DNA of 64,000 nt from an uncultured delta proteobacterium (GTDB taxonomy: Bacteria > Myxococcota > Kuafuiibacteriia > Kuafuiibacteriales > Kuafuiibacteriaceae), in assembly GCA_963803435.1 (NCBI GenBank), contig CAWDML010000007.1, forward strand, positions 160,001 through 224,000, written 5' to 3'. The notes under the pieces were generated by a model. It was given only the letters and a program-made list of their open reading frames with translations. It was not told the origin of the DNA and made no database searches. Below, piece by piece: positions 36,467 to 45,955 of this stretch (position 1 is its first letter; every line of letters starts with the position of its first letter). The translations under genes were made by a program, and so were the position numbers.

Positions 36467-39400
36467 ATGGGAGGGTTCGTGGGTCGCGCGGCCGAGCTCG
36501 CCCTCCTCGACGGCGGGGTGGACGCGCTCCTCGCGGGGGACGGCCGTCTCTTTCTCCTTGCCGGCGATCCCGGCATCGGCAAGACGAGGCTCGCCGACCA
36601 CCTCGCGGCCCGGGCCGCGGAGCGGGGCGCGGCGGTGGCCTGGGGCGGCGCCTGGGACGGCGGCGGCGCCCCGGCCTACTGGCCCTGGATCCAGATCCTC
36701 CGCACGCTCCGCCCGCGCATCCCGCCGCCCGACGAGCGCCTGCGCCGCGACCTCGGCGTGCTCTGGGATGCGGCCAATGCGGACGAGCGCGCCGGCGCCG
36801 ACCTCGAGATGGAGCGCTTCCGCCACTTCGACGCCCTCCGCGCCGTGCTCCAGGCGGCGGCCGGACGCGGCCCGGTGGTACTGGTGATCGACGACCTCCA
36901 CGCCGCCGATCGAGGCTCGCTGCTGGCGCTGCACTTCCTCGCGCGGCAGCTCCGCGCCCTTCCGCTCCTGATCCTCGCGACGCATCGCGATCCGACCGAA
37001 CCCGAGCTCGGCGAGCTCATCGCCCGCATCGCCCGGGAGGCCCGTGTGCTCCGTCTCTCGCCGTTCACCGAGGAGGAGATCCGCGAGCTTCTGTCGGACT
37101 TCGATCCGGTCTCCGGGGAGCTGGCGTCGGAGCTGCTGCGCGCGACCGGCGGCAACCCGCTCTTTGTCGACGAGACGCTCCGCCTGGTGCGAGCCGGCGA
37201 GCGGGTGGCGGACGTCGGAGCCGGCGCCGGCGCGGTGATCCGCGAGCGCCTCGATCGGATCGAGCCGGAGCTTCGCGCCCTGCTCGAGGCGGCGGCGGTC
37301 CTCGGCCGGGAGCTGCGCCTCGCAATGCTGGCCGAGGTGCTCGGGTCGAGCCTCGGCGATCTGGAGCGGCGGCTCCGCTCGCAGCAGCTCTTCGGTATCG
37401 TCGCCCGGACCGGGCCCGGTCTGCTCGGCTTCCGCCACGGGCTCTTCCGGGAGGAGCTGTACCGAGCGCTGCCGCCGCCGCGGAGGCGGGCCCTCCACCT
37501 CGCGGCGGGGCGGACCCTGGCCGCCGAGCCGACCGAGCCTGCCGAGTCGGTGGCGCGGCACCTGCTGGCGGCGCAGCCGGAGGGCGACGCGTCGGTTGCG
37601 GCCACCTGGGCGCTCTCCGCCGCCGAGATCGACATGGGCGCGCTCGCGTTCGACCGGGCCGTGGAGCTCTTCGAGGGCGCGGTCGCCGCGCTCGATCGCC
37701 TGCCGGAGGACCGACCGCGGCGCGTCGACGTGCGGCTGCGCCTCGCCGAGGCGCTGGAGAAAGCGGGCGCCACCGAGCGAAGCCGGGCCGTCTGCCGCGA
37801 GGCCGCCGCGGAGGCGCGGGAGATCGGAGACGGCCCGCGCCTGGCCCGGGCGGCCCTCTGCTACGGCGCTCGGATCCGGATCGCGTTCGTCGATCGCACG
37901 CTGATCCGGCTCCTGGAGGAGGCGCTGCTGCTGCTCGGCGACCGGGAGCCGTCGCTCCGGGCCCGGGCCCTCGCCCGGCTGGCGGCGGCGGAGCAGCCGG
38001 CGCCCGACCCGGACCTCCCGGTGGAGCGGGCGCGCCAGGCGATCGAGCTCGCGCGCACGCTCGGCGATCCGGAGACGACGGTGGCGACGCTCCACTATGC
38101 CGGCTCGGCGCTGGCGGACTACGCGCCGGCGGAGGAGCGCCGCGCCCTCGCCGAGGAGCTGATCGCCCAGGCCCTAGGCCGGGGGGAGCTGGCGCTGGCG
38201 CAGCAAGGGTACGCGCGGACCGCGGTCGACTCGATCGAGCTCTGCGACTTCGCCGGCGCCGACTTCGCGATCGAGGCCCACGAGCGGCTCGGCCGTGCGC
38301 TCGGGCATCCGCGCTGGCGCTGGCGAGGCGCGGTCATGCGATCGATGCGCGCCTTGATCGACGGGCGGTGGGAAGCTTCGGAGGCGGCCCGGGAGGAGGC
38401 GGCGGCCCACGCCCGGCAGGCCGACGATCCGAACACCACCCCGACCCTCGCACTCCACGCGGTGGGTGCGTTCCGGGCCCGGGAGGGCGGCCGGCCCGAG
38501 GACGTGCTCGCCGCGCTCGGCTCGTCGCTGGACGCGCTCCCGGACGGCGCAGAGATTGGGGCGACCCTTCGTGCCATCGTCTCGGGGAGAGTCGGCGATC
38601 CGGAGCCGGCCCGGCGCTTCCTCTCCGCCTTCCGCCTCGTGCCGGGCATCGCCCGGGATCCGATGGGCATCGCGGTGATCTCCGACGTCGTCGTCTGCGC
38701 CGGCGACCCGCGCTGGGCGGCGGAGGTGCTGCGGGCGGCCGAGGCGTTCCGGGGGCGGGCGCTGAGCTGGGGTCTGTTCGGGGTGATCTGGGAGGGACCG
38801 GCGGAGCAGTGGATCGGCGGGCTCGCGCTGGTCCTCGAGCGATGGCAGGAGGCGGCCGATGCCCTGGACGCGGCCCTGTCCCGGGCGGAGACGCTCGGCG
38901 CCCGGCCGCTGGCGGCGCGGCTCCGGGAGCAGCTCGCCCGCGCGACCGCCGCGCTCGGCGAGCCGGAGCAGGCGGCGGCCCTCCTCGACGTCGCGGCGGA
39001 GCAGGCCGGCGCGCTGGGGATGGAGCACCTGTCGGCCCGGATCGAGCACACGCGCAGAGGGCTCGCGCCGCGGCGGGCGGGGTCGAAACGGCCGGCGCCG
39101 GCGGCCCTCCCGTCCCTCTCGCGGGAGGGGGACGTCTGGTCGATCGGCTGGGACGATCGCGTGATCCGGTTGCGCCACTCCCGGGCGCTGGAGATCCTCG
39201 ACCGCCTCGTCCAGCACGCGGGCCGCGAGCTCCATGTGCTGGACCTCGCTGGCGGCCCGGGGCCGATCGACGGCGGGGACGCCGGAGCGCTGATCGACGC
39301 CGAGGCCGCGAAGGCCTACCGCCGGCGGATCGCCGAGCTCGAGGAGGAGCTGCACCAAGCGGAGGAGTGGGCCGACGGCGGCCGCTGCGAGCGGCTCGGG

Positions 39401-39625
39401 GCGGAACTCGAGTTCCTGAAGGAGGAGCTCGGCCGGAGCCTCGGCCTCGGGGGCCGCCCCCGCCGGGCCGCGGGGGCCACCGAACGGGCCCGGGTCAACG
39501 TCACAAAGCGCATCAAGGGGGTGATCAAGAAGATCGCGGGGGCGGATCCGGATTTGGGGGCGCACCTGGAAAAGTCCATCAAGACAGGGGCTTACGTCAG
39601 CTATCGCCCGGGTCACGGCCCGTGA
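36467..39625 (+). CDS. AAA_16/STAND-type ATPase transcriptional regulator with helical repeats and C-terminal HTH-like domain
   Basis: FVGRAAEL, GDPGIGKT, IDDLHAAD, TGGNPLFV, C-terminal ERARVNVTKRI..IKTG. Confidence 0.85.
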   Translation: MGGFVGRAAELALLDGGVDALLAGDGRLFLLAGDPGIGKTRLADHLAARAAERGAAVAWGGAWDGGGAPAYWPWIQILRTLRPRIPPPDERLRRDLGVLWDAANADERAGADLEMERFRHFDALRAVLQAAAGRGPVVLVIDDLHAADRGSLLALHFLARQLRALPLLILATHRDPTEPELGELIARIAREARVLRLSPFTEEEIRELLSDFDPVSGELASELLRATGGNPLFVDETLRLVRAGERVADVGAGAGAVIRERLDRIEPELRALLEAAAVLGRELRLAMLAEVLGSSLGDLERRLRSQQLFGIVARTGPGLLGFRHGLFREELYRALPPPRRRALHLAAGRTLAAEPTEPAESVARHLLAAQPEGDASVAATWALSAAEIDMGALAFDRAVELFEGAVAALDRLPEDRPRRVDVRLRLAEALEKAGATERSRAVCREAAAEAREIGDGPRLARAALCYGARIRIAFVDRTLIRLLEEALLLLGDREPSLRARALARLAAAEQPAPDPDLPVERARQAIELARTLGDPETTVATLHYAGSALADYAPAEERRALAEELIAQALGRGELALAQQGYARTAVDSIELCDFAGADFAIEAHERLGRALGHPRWRWRGAVMRSMRALIDGRWEASEAAREEAAAHARQADDPNTTPTLALHAVGAFRAREGGRPEDVLAALGSSLDALPDGAEIGATLRAIVSGRVGDPEPARRFLSAFRLVPGIARDPMGIAVISDVVVCAGDPRWAAEVLRAAEAFRGRALSWGLFGVIWEGPAEQWIGGLALVLERWQEAADALDAALSRAETLGARPLAARLREQLARATAALGEPEQAAALLDVAAEQAGALGMEHLSARIEHTRRGLAPRRAGSKRPAPAALPSLSREGDVWSIGWDDRVIRLRHSRALEILDRLVQHAGRELHVLDLAGGPGPIDGGDAGALIDAEAAKAYRRRIAELEEELHQAEEWADGGRCERLGAELEFLKEELGRSLGLGGRPRRAAGATERARVNVTKRIKGVIKKIAGADPDLGAHLEKSIKTGAYVSYRPGHGP

Positions 39626-39650
39626 CTCGCAAGGTCACGCCGCAGACGTC

Positions 39651-40418
39651 ATGGACCTCGAAATGATCGTCACCCTGGCCATCCCGCTGACCTTCGTCAG
39701 CCTCGCCCTCCTGGAGCGGCTCCGCCCGGCGCGGCCGCTGCCACGGATCTCCTGGTGGAAGGCCAAGGGCGTGCTGTTCTTCCTCATCACCGGCGGCCTC
39801 GCCACCACGGCGCCGCTGCTCTGGACGGATATGTTCCGCGCCCACCGCCTGCTGGATCTGGAGGGCCTGGGGACGGCCGGCGGCGCCGTCGTGGGGCTGC
39901 TCGCCTACCAGCTCGCTTCCTACTGGTGGCACCGGACCATGCACCACCACGGCACACTGTGGCGGTGGTTCCATCAGATGCACCACAGCGCCGAGCGCGT
40001 CGATACCTTCGGTGCCAACTACTTTCACCCCTTCGACATCGTCGGCTTCACCTTCGTACAGACCTCGGTCACGATGTGGATCGGCGTGAGCGCCGAGGCG
40101 GCGCTGCTCGCCGGATTCGCCGGCGTCTTCCTCGGGATCTTCCAGCACGCCAACATCCGGACGCCGCGCTGGCTCGGCTATCTGATCCAGCGTCCCGAGT
40201 CCCACAGCCTCCACCACGCCCGCGGCGTGCACGGGTACAACTACGCCGACCTCCCGATCTGGGATCTGGTATTCGGAACCTTCCGCAACCCGGAGCACTT
40301 CTCCGGCGAGGCCGGATTCTGGGACGGCGCCTCCAAGGAGATGACGCGGATGCTGCTCGGCCGCGACGTCGCCGACCCGGTCGAGGCCGCCTCGACGGCG
40401 GAGCCGACGCCCTCGTAG
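39651..40418 (+). CDS. Sterol desaturase / fatty acid hydroxylase family protein
   Basis: His boxes YWWHRTMH, FHQMHHS, FQHAN, HSLHH and YNY. Confidence 0.9.
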   Translation: MDLEMIVTLAIPLTFVSLALLERLRPARPLPRISWWKAKGVLFFLITGGLATTAPLLWTDMFRAHRLLDLEGLGTAGGAVVGLLAYQLASYWWHRTMHHHGTLWRWFHQMHHSAERVDTFGANYFHPFDIVGFTFVQTSVTMWIGVSAEAALLAGFAGVFLGIFQHANIRTPRWLGYLIQRPESHSLHHARGVHGYNYADLPIWDLVFGTFRNPEHFSGEAGFWDGASKEMTRMLLGRDVADPVEAASTAEPTPS

Positions 40419-40521
40419 TCGGCGGCGGCGAAGGCGTGCCAGCCGGGCATGCTCGTCCCCGCGGAAGAGCATCATCGTGGAGACGGCGCGGATCTCGAAG
40501 GACTCCATCGAAGCCGACTTA

Positions 40522-40838
40522 GTACTACCTGATCGGTTCCTCACGGCTGGGCTCCGTCCGTTAGAGCCGCGATTCCGCTTGGGGCGCCGAGCGGCGATCG
40601 ACTGGGCGGTTGCACAGCGGACACGAACCGATCCGGAGCAACAGGATCTGCTGGAGATGACGCCGCACCATCGGCAACGTCCACTTCACTCCTCGCCTCC
40701 GGGGGGAAAAGCGCTCTTCGGAGCGCAAGGAATCCGTGGGCTACGGCGCATAACGTTGCGTGGTGGTGAAAGCCTCGCCAGGTGCGGCCTTCGTAATGAT
40801 CGAGACCGAGCTCGCCCTTCATCTCCTGGTAATCGCGT
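40522..40838 (-). pseudogene. IS701-family transposase 3' fragment with right end
   Basis: RDYQEMKGELGLDHYEGRTWRGFHHHATLC..AHGFL; minus-strand end CAGGTAGTAC followed by TAA. Confidence 0.85.
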
Positions 40839-41165
40839 TCAACGTCTTCCTTTCGTGGCGTGCTGCCCCTGTTACCCCGGGAGAGCGGAACGCTTCGCGC
40901 ATCGAGCCGCTGTTCACGTCCGTCCTGCCTTCGCCCTGTTCCGAGGGGCTCGGCCTCTCCATATCCTTACGAGGCTACGGCTGGGTTCGCTTCGCGCTGC
41001 GGCCCGCCACTTCGCAGCCACGGATTGCCGCCCGTGACCGTTCTGATCCCGCTTCTGCTGGGCACCTCGCGGCGCCACGCAGGGGATCTGGCTACCTGAC
41101 TGCTCGATTACTATCAGGGCAGGCTCCTCTCATCCTGCTAGGAACGACGCCGCTTCGCGGCGCAC
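40839..41165 (-). ncRNA. Group II intron 5' fragment (domain I only)
   Basis: Minus strand begins GTGCG and contains domain-I-like motifs AGCCTCGTAA, GGCCGAGCCC..GGCGAAGGC and CCCGGGGTA..GGGGCAGCACG..GAAAGG. No RT ORF or domain V seen. Confidence 0.7.
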
Positions 41166-41210
41166 CGAAACAGCAAACTGCGAACGGAACGGTTTCTGGA
41201 CCGGCTCTTA

Positions 41211-41241
41211 GACGACGCGATTGGCCTCACAGCTTGCGGAC
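41211..41241 (+). repeat. 31-bp direct repeat, right copy
   Basis: GACGACGCGATTGGCCTCACAGCTTGCGGAC; contains the stop codon of the DUF3261 gene. Confidence 0.9.
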
Positions 41242-41826
41242 CTCGGTGGTCTCGATGGTGAGCCGGTAGCCGAACCAGCCGTTCTGGAACTCCATCTTCG
41301 CCGGCGGATCGCCGGGTCGCATCCCTCCGGCGTAGCGGATCACCAGCTCGCCGGGGGGCTGGCCGTCGAGACGCGTCACGTGTCGCTCGTAGAGGCGGCC
41401 GTCCTTCCAGGTCTCCCGCACGTGCTCGCCCTCCCGATCGAACTCGTCCGTTCCGTCGGGCCGGACCTGCCCGATCCGGAGCGTGCGCTGGATGTCGAGG
41501 AGGATGTACTTCGGTGGGAACGGGAGCTCCCGGTCGACGTAGTTGGTGAACCGGATGTCCGTGCCGGTCTGCACCAGGAGGAACGCGCGGCTGCCGAAGG
41601 GCGTGAGACCGAGCAGCGTGAGGGCGTCGCCGACCTTCTGGAGCACGGCGTCGAACGAGATCTCGCGCTTCTCATCAAAGACGGCGCTGATCTTCTGGCG
41701 AAGCATGAAGTCGGCGCCGAGAGCAGCCGGCGGATGGAGCACGCCGGGATACTCCGGCGGCGGGTGGGTGGCCGCGGGCGTCGCGCAGCCGCACAAGAGG
41801 ACCGAGAGGGCCGGAGCGAGCCTCAC
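41227..41826 (-). CDS. DUF3261 lipoprotein (ApeN-type)
   Basis: Lipobox LLCGC; LTLLGLTPFGSRAF..PPKYILLDIQ..GYRLTIET; APE context. Confidence 0.75.
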   Translation of the reverse strand: MRLAPALSVLLCGCATPAATHPPPEYPGVLHPPAALGADFMLRQKISAVFDEKREISFDAVLQKVGDALTLLGLTPFGSRAFLLVQTGTDIRFTNYVDRELPFPPKYILLDIQRTLRIGQVRPDGTDEFDREGEHVRETWKDGRLYERHVTRLDGQPPGELVIRYAGGMRPGDPPAKMEFQNGWFGYRLTIETTEVRKL

Positions 41827-42428
41827 GGCGTACCGAAGAACTTCTTCTTCTCCGCGTCGGAGAAGCGGCGCCCGGTATCGACGTCGTGGAACGTGGTCTC
41901 GGTGCGGTCGCCGCTCGCCTCCTCGACGATCAGCTTCTCCACCTTTACGCCCCTTCCCTGGACCCGCATCCGGTCGATGATCTTCGAGATGGGTGCCTTC
42001 TTGGGACGGAGCTCGAGCTCCCAAGGGAGACCCGGTGTGAGCTTCATGGTGAAGGTCTCCTCGAGCCCGGCGCGGTCGCCGGCGAGGAGGAGGACGAAGC
42101 TGTTGACGAAGGCGCGGACCACCGGGTTGTTGCCGACGTCGATCTCCTGGCTGTTCTTGCCGTCGTCGAAGTAGAGCCGATCTCCGGAGATCACGACGCG
42201 CGAGGCGGTGGGTTTGGTGGTCTGGCGCGCCAGCATCGAGGGCGGAGAGAAGCGGATCATCCCCTCGGTGCTGAGCGGCGCGGCCAGCAGGGTGATGTGC
42301 TTCTCTTCGGTGAACCTCGCCTCCAGGCCGGGGATCGCGGAGAGCTGCTTCATCAGCGCGTCCAGGTCGTCGGCGTGCGCGACCCGCGGGAGGAGGAGGA
42401 GGAGGAGAGCGGCGAACAGCTCACGCAA
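41823..42428 (-). CDS. LolA-family outer membrane lipoprotein carrier (ApeL-type)
   Basis: Signal peptide; ARFTEEKHITLLAAPLSTEG..EASGDRTETTF. Confidence 0.85.
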   Translation of the reverse strand: MRELFAALLLLLLPRVAHADDLDALMKQLSAIPGLEARFTEEKHITLLAAPLSTEGMIRFSPPSMLARQTTKPTASRVVISGDRLYFDDGKNSQEIDVGNNPVVRAFVNSFVLLLAGDRAGLEETFTMKLTPGLPWELELRPKKAPISKIIDRMRVQGRGVKVEKLIVEEASGDRTETTFHDVDTGRRFSDAEKKKFFGTP

Positions 42429-42825
42429 CGAGCTTGCTCCGCACGGGCTCGGGCGTCTCCAGGAACATGTTGCCCTCCATGTCCGTGGTGACCAGCGCCG
42501 TCTTGCCGCGCGCAGAGCGCCGGCCCTGCGTCAGGTTGTAGATCTCGTAGGCGATGTTGATCCGGTTATCGATGTCGACGATCTCCGCGGTCACGCGAAA
42601 GCGCTCGCCGTAGCGGAGCGGGAACGCGTAGCGGCAGCGCGACTCGATCACGTAGAGCGCGTAGCCGAGCACCAGCATATCGGGCCCGTCGAGCCCTTGG
42701 GCGCGCAGGAGGTGAGTCCGCGCGATCTCCATGTATTTGTAGTAGTGGCCGTGCCAGACGACGTGGAGCGGATCCACGTCGTGGAACGGCACCTCGAGCT
42801 CGACGGCGGTGCGGGGAAGCTTCAT
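42421..42825 (-). CDS. Acyl-CoA thioesterase, 4HBT family (ApeK-type)
   Basis: VPFHDVDPLHVVWHGHYYKYMEIAR. Confidence 0.9.
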   Translation of the reverse strand: MKLPRTAVELEVPFHDVDPLHVVWHGHYYKYMEIARTHLLRAQGLDGPDMLVLGYALYVIESRCRYAFPLRYGERFRVTAEIVDIDNRINIAYEIYNLTQGRRSARGKTALVTTDMEGNMFLETPEPVRSKLVA

Positions 42826-43745
42826 TGCTCCTCCCAGAAGTCGAAGAAGTTGAACCAGTTGTCGGGCTGCTCGCGGCAGTAGTGTTCGAGCCGCGCGGCG
42901 TATCGCTCCGCGAGGGCGGCCAGCGCCTCCGGGCGGCCCTTCCGGGGGAGCTTCAGATCCTCGGCGAACGGCTCGCAGAAGAGCGAGTAACGGTCGCCGC
43001 CGCGATAGAGGCCGATCGTCAGGAAGATGGGACACCCCAACGAGGCCGCCAGTTGATAGGCGCCCGTGGGAAAGCGCGCCGGTGCTCCCAGGAAGGGGAC
43101 GGTCGCCTGACGTCCGTCCGAGCCCACGCGATCACCCATGATCGCGACCAGCTCGCCAGCCTCGATCCGCTCGCGGACCTTGAAGATGAAGTCGAGCCCC
43201 GCGTTCACCTCGAGCATGCGGATGTTGATGTCCGGGTTCAAGCCGACCAGAACGCGGTTGATCATCTGCGCGTTGAGGTTGTTGACGAGGACGTTGATCC
43301 GGAAGCGCTTCTCCTCCGCGAACGCGCGCATCGCCTGGAAGCTGCCGAGGTGCGCGCCGAGCAGGATCGCGCCGCGCTTCTCCTCATGGAGGCGGGCCAG
43401 GTGCTCGTGTCCGGTGCGATCGACCGAGAACGCGGAGGTCTTGCCGCGCACGAAGAAGACCCGGTCCACGATGCACTGCCCGAAGCGAAGCGAGTGCCGG
43501 TAGGCGTCCCAGAAGCCGTGGGGCCGCCCGAGCCTCGCCAGGTACTTCTGCGAGGCCTTGCGCATGCCGCGGTGGAAGACCGTGTAGTAGAAGATCACCA
43601 GCGCGAGAAAGCCGCGCGCCACCGGACGGCCGAAGAACGTCACCAACCAGACGAAGAACTTGATCCCGAGGACCGAGCCCTTCTCGGCGACCTCGAGCCA
43701 TCCCCGCGACGGCGAGGAGACCGGTTCGAGCGCCGTCTGGCTCAC
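42822..43745 (-). CDS. LpxL-like acyltransferase (ApeJ C-terminal type)
   Basis: GAILLGAHLGSF, IMGDR, FLGAPARFP, WFNFFDFW. Confidence 0.85.
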   Translation of the reverse strand: MSQTALEPVSSPSRGWLEVAEKGSVLGIKFFVWLVTFFGRPVARGFLALVIFYYTVFHRGMRKASQKYLARLGRPHGFWDAYRHSLRFGQCIVDRVFFVRGKTSAFSVDRTGHEHLARLHEEKRGAILLGAHLGSFQAMRAFAEEKRFRINVLVNNLNAQMINRVLVGLNPDINIRMLEVNAGLDFIFKVRERIEAGELVAIMGDRVGSDGRQATVPFLGAPARFPTGAYQLAASLGCPIFLTIGLYRGGDRYSLFCEPFAEDLKLPRKGRPEALAALAERYAARLEHYCREQPDNWFNFFDFWEEQ

Positions 43746-44530
43746 GGGCGCGACCCCGATCCGAACAGACGGCTCACGGTGCGCCACATCCGCAGCAAGA
43801 CCAGCCGCGTGTGCATCCAGCTGATCAGCACATTGTCCTTGAAGAGGCGGAAGTGCGACACGCCGCCGTCGGCCTGGGAGACGTAGCGAACCTGGGTGGG
43901 CACGTTGACGATCGGGAGCCCGGCCCAGGCCAAGCGCACCGCAACCTCCGGATCGAAGTCCATGTGATCCGCTTGGACGGCGGCGGCGAGCGCTTCATCC
44001 ACCGGATAGATCCGAAAGCCGCACATCGGATCCTCGATCAGACCGGGCCGGGTCTCGAGGTTGGTCCAGAAGATCGTGATCTGGCGAGCCCACAGACGGG
44101 CCTTGGGCGCGCTCGCGTCGAATCGCGGCGCGGCCAGCACCAGCGCGCGCGGCTCGCGGTACACCTCTTCGAGCAGCCGCGGGATGTCCTCGATGGTGTG
44201 CTGCCCGTCGGCGTCGATCTGGAGAGCGTGCGTGAAGCCGCGCGCCTTCGCCCGCAGGAGTCCGTCCTTCACCGCGGCGCCCTTTCCTCCGTTCTCCGAC
44301 CGGTGCACCACGTCGGCCAGCCCGTCGGCGACCAGGCGCTCGCAAGCGGCCCGGCCTTCGGACCCGCTGCCATCGTTCACCACGATCACGTCCGCGATGT
44401 ACGGGCGGACCTGCTCGACGACGCCCCGGATGGTGGCCGGGTTGTCGTACGTGGGGACCACGACGCACAGCTTGAGGGCGCTCGCCGCCGATCGTTCGAG
44501 CGCTCTGCCCGCCACCACCATCGCGCTCAC
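43742..44530 (-). CDS. Glycosyltransferase family 2 (ApeJ N-terminal type)
   Basis: VVPTYD, VNDGS, NGGKGAA, DADGQH, CGFRIYP, VSHFR. Confidence 0.9.
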   Translation of the reverse strand: MSAMVVAGRALERSAASALKLCVVVPTYDNPATIRGVVEQVRPYIADVIVVNDGSGSEGRAACERLVADGLADVVHRSENGGKGAAVKDGLLRAKARGFTHALQIDADGQHTIEDIPRLLEEVYREPRALVLAAPRFDASAPKARLWARQITIFWTNLETRPGLIEDPMCGFRIYPVDEALAAAVQADHMDFDPEVAVRLAWAGLPIVNVPTQVRYVSQADGGVSHFRLFKDNVLISWMHTRLVLLRMWRTVSRLFGSGSRP

Positions 44531-44865
44531 CTGAAGAACAGCGTCCCGCCGGCGCACTCGACCTGGCCGCGGATCATGGAGACGTCGACGCTCTTCTTGT
44601 CCATCTTGCGCTTGAGCCGCACCACTAGCTCGTCGTTGGCCCGGATGGGCGAGCGGAACTTCATCTTGGTGGCCCGCTCGAGCGTGCCGAGGTCGGGCCA
44701 GAGGCGCTCGATGCGCGGCAGGATCACGACATCGAGCTGCACGACCGCGGCGAGGATCGGCTCACCGTCGAAGTGGCCCTCGAAGTACATCAGGTCGCCC
44801 GGGACCCGGATGTGGAAGGCGTGCTCGGAGTCGAGCTCGACGACATCAGTGACCTCTCTCTTCAT
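44527..44865 (-). CDS. Hotdog dehydratase (ApeI-type)
   Basis: YFEGHFDGEPILAAVVQL..KFRSPI. Confidence 0.8.
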   Translation of the reverse strand: MKREVTDVVELDSEHAFHIRVPGDLMYFEGHFDGEPILAAVVQLDVVILPRIERLWPDLGTLERATKMKFRSPIRANDELVVRLKRKMDKKSVDVSMIRGQVECAGGTLFFR

Positions 44866-45421
44866 GGCGAAACCTGTACCGTCGGACGATGTATTCGATC
44901 GCGAAGAGAACGCCCATCAATACGTAAGCGATCAGGCCGCTGTACAGCGTCCAGAGCTCGAGCGGGCCCCGGATCGCCAAAAAAGCCGCGATCGACCCGT
45001 TGGCGACGAAAAAGCCGCACCAGACCCAGGTGACCTGCCGGCAGTGCACTGCGTGATCCGGGGGGAGGTCCGGGTTCTGCATCCGGGCGAAGCGCTCGAT
45101 CATGGGCATCCCGCGGACCAGCGACGCACCGAAGGTCACCAGCAGCGCGGCGCTGATCAGCACCGGCAATGCCAGCATGAAACGACGGTCCTCGAGGATC
45201 GCCGACAGCGCGATGAGCGCAATCACCGAGATGGGGACCGGGAGGATGGCGCTGAGGTGCTCCCTCCGCCGGCCGCGCAGGCGGAGCGCGACGAGCGGCA
45301 ACAGCAGGCAGAGCAGGAGCAGGCTGAGCGCCCGGACCGAGAACCGCGACAGTCCGAAGTAGACAGCGACCGGGTAGGCGACGGCGAGCAGCGTTCCCAG
45401 GATGCTCAAGGCGAGTCGCAA
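44846..45421 (-). CDS. Membrane protein (ApeG / COG4648-type)
   Basis: YPVAVYFG..MIERFAR..VTWVWCGFFVANG..WTLYSG. Confidence 0.82.
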   Translation of the reverse strand: MRLALSILGTLLAVAYPVAVYFGLSRFSVRALSLLLLCLLLPLVALRLRGRRREHLSAILPVPISVIALIALSAILEDRRFMLALPVLISAALLVTFGASLVRGMPMIERFARMQNPDLPPDHAVHCRQVTWVWCGFFVANGSIAAFLAIRGPLELWTLYSGLIAYVLMGVLFAIEYIVRRYRFRHEERGH

Positions 45422-45422
45422 G

Positions 45423-45686
45423 TCACCCTTCTCGCAGCAGGCGCTCCGCGAGATCGACGACGTCGTTGACGGTACGGAGGGTGCGCAGCGAGTCCTCGTC
45501 GACCCGCTTGCCGGTGAGGTCCTGCATCTTCACGGCCATGTCGATGGCGTCGATGCTGTCGAGGTCGAGGTCCTCGAAGAGACGGGACTCAGGCGTGATC
45601 TCGCCGGCCTCCATCTCGAACGTCTCGGACATCGTCCGCACGATCTCCGCGAGGATCTCCTGGCGGGAGACTTCCTTCTTCATCAT
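45423..45686 (-). CDS. Acyl carrier protein
   Basis: LFEDLDLDSIDAID phosphopantetheine attachment site. Confidence 0.92.
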   Translation of the reverse strand: MMKKEVSRQEILAEIVRTMSETFEMEAGEITPESRLFEDLDLDSIDAIDMAVKMQDLTGKRVDEDSLRTLRTVNDVVDLAERLLREG

Positions 45687-45955
45687 GGTCGATCCGCCTC
45701 CGGGCGGTGCTTCGCCACGTAGGCGGCGAGCGACTTCACCGAGCGGAAGGTCTCTCGGGTGTTCGGATCGTCAGCCGCGATCTTCACCTTGAACTTGCGA
45801 TCGACCGCGATCGCGAGCTCGAGCGCATCGATCGAATCGAGGCCGAGCCCCTCTCCGAAGAGCGGTGCGTCGCTGTCGATCTCGTCGGGCTTGACGTCTT
45901 CGAGCATCAAAGCCTCGACGATGAGCTCCTTGAGGTCTTTTTCGAGGGTACTCAT
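45683..45955 (-). CDS. Acyl carrier protein
   Basis: APLFGEGLGLDSIDALEL; ATG at 45955. Confidence 0.92.
   Translation of the reverse strand: MSTLEKDLKELIVEALMLEDVKPDEIDSDAPLFGEGLGLDSIDALELAIAVDRKFKVKIAADDPNTRETFRSVKSLAAYVAKHRPEADRP

Larger units (their letters stand above)
36280..41210. mobile_element. Islet of about 4.9 kb bounded by a 31-bp direct repeat
   Basis: The flanking repeat duplicates the junction of two convergent genes; the interior carries IS and intron remnants. Confidence 0.65.

Noticed and set aside
36370-39666. 1098-aa ORF overlapping the STAND-type regulator on the same strand
   Set aside because: Arg/Gly/Pro-rich alternative frame without domains.
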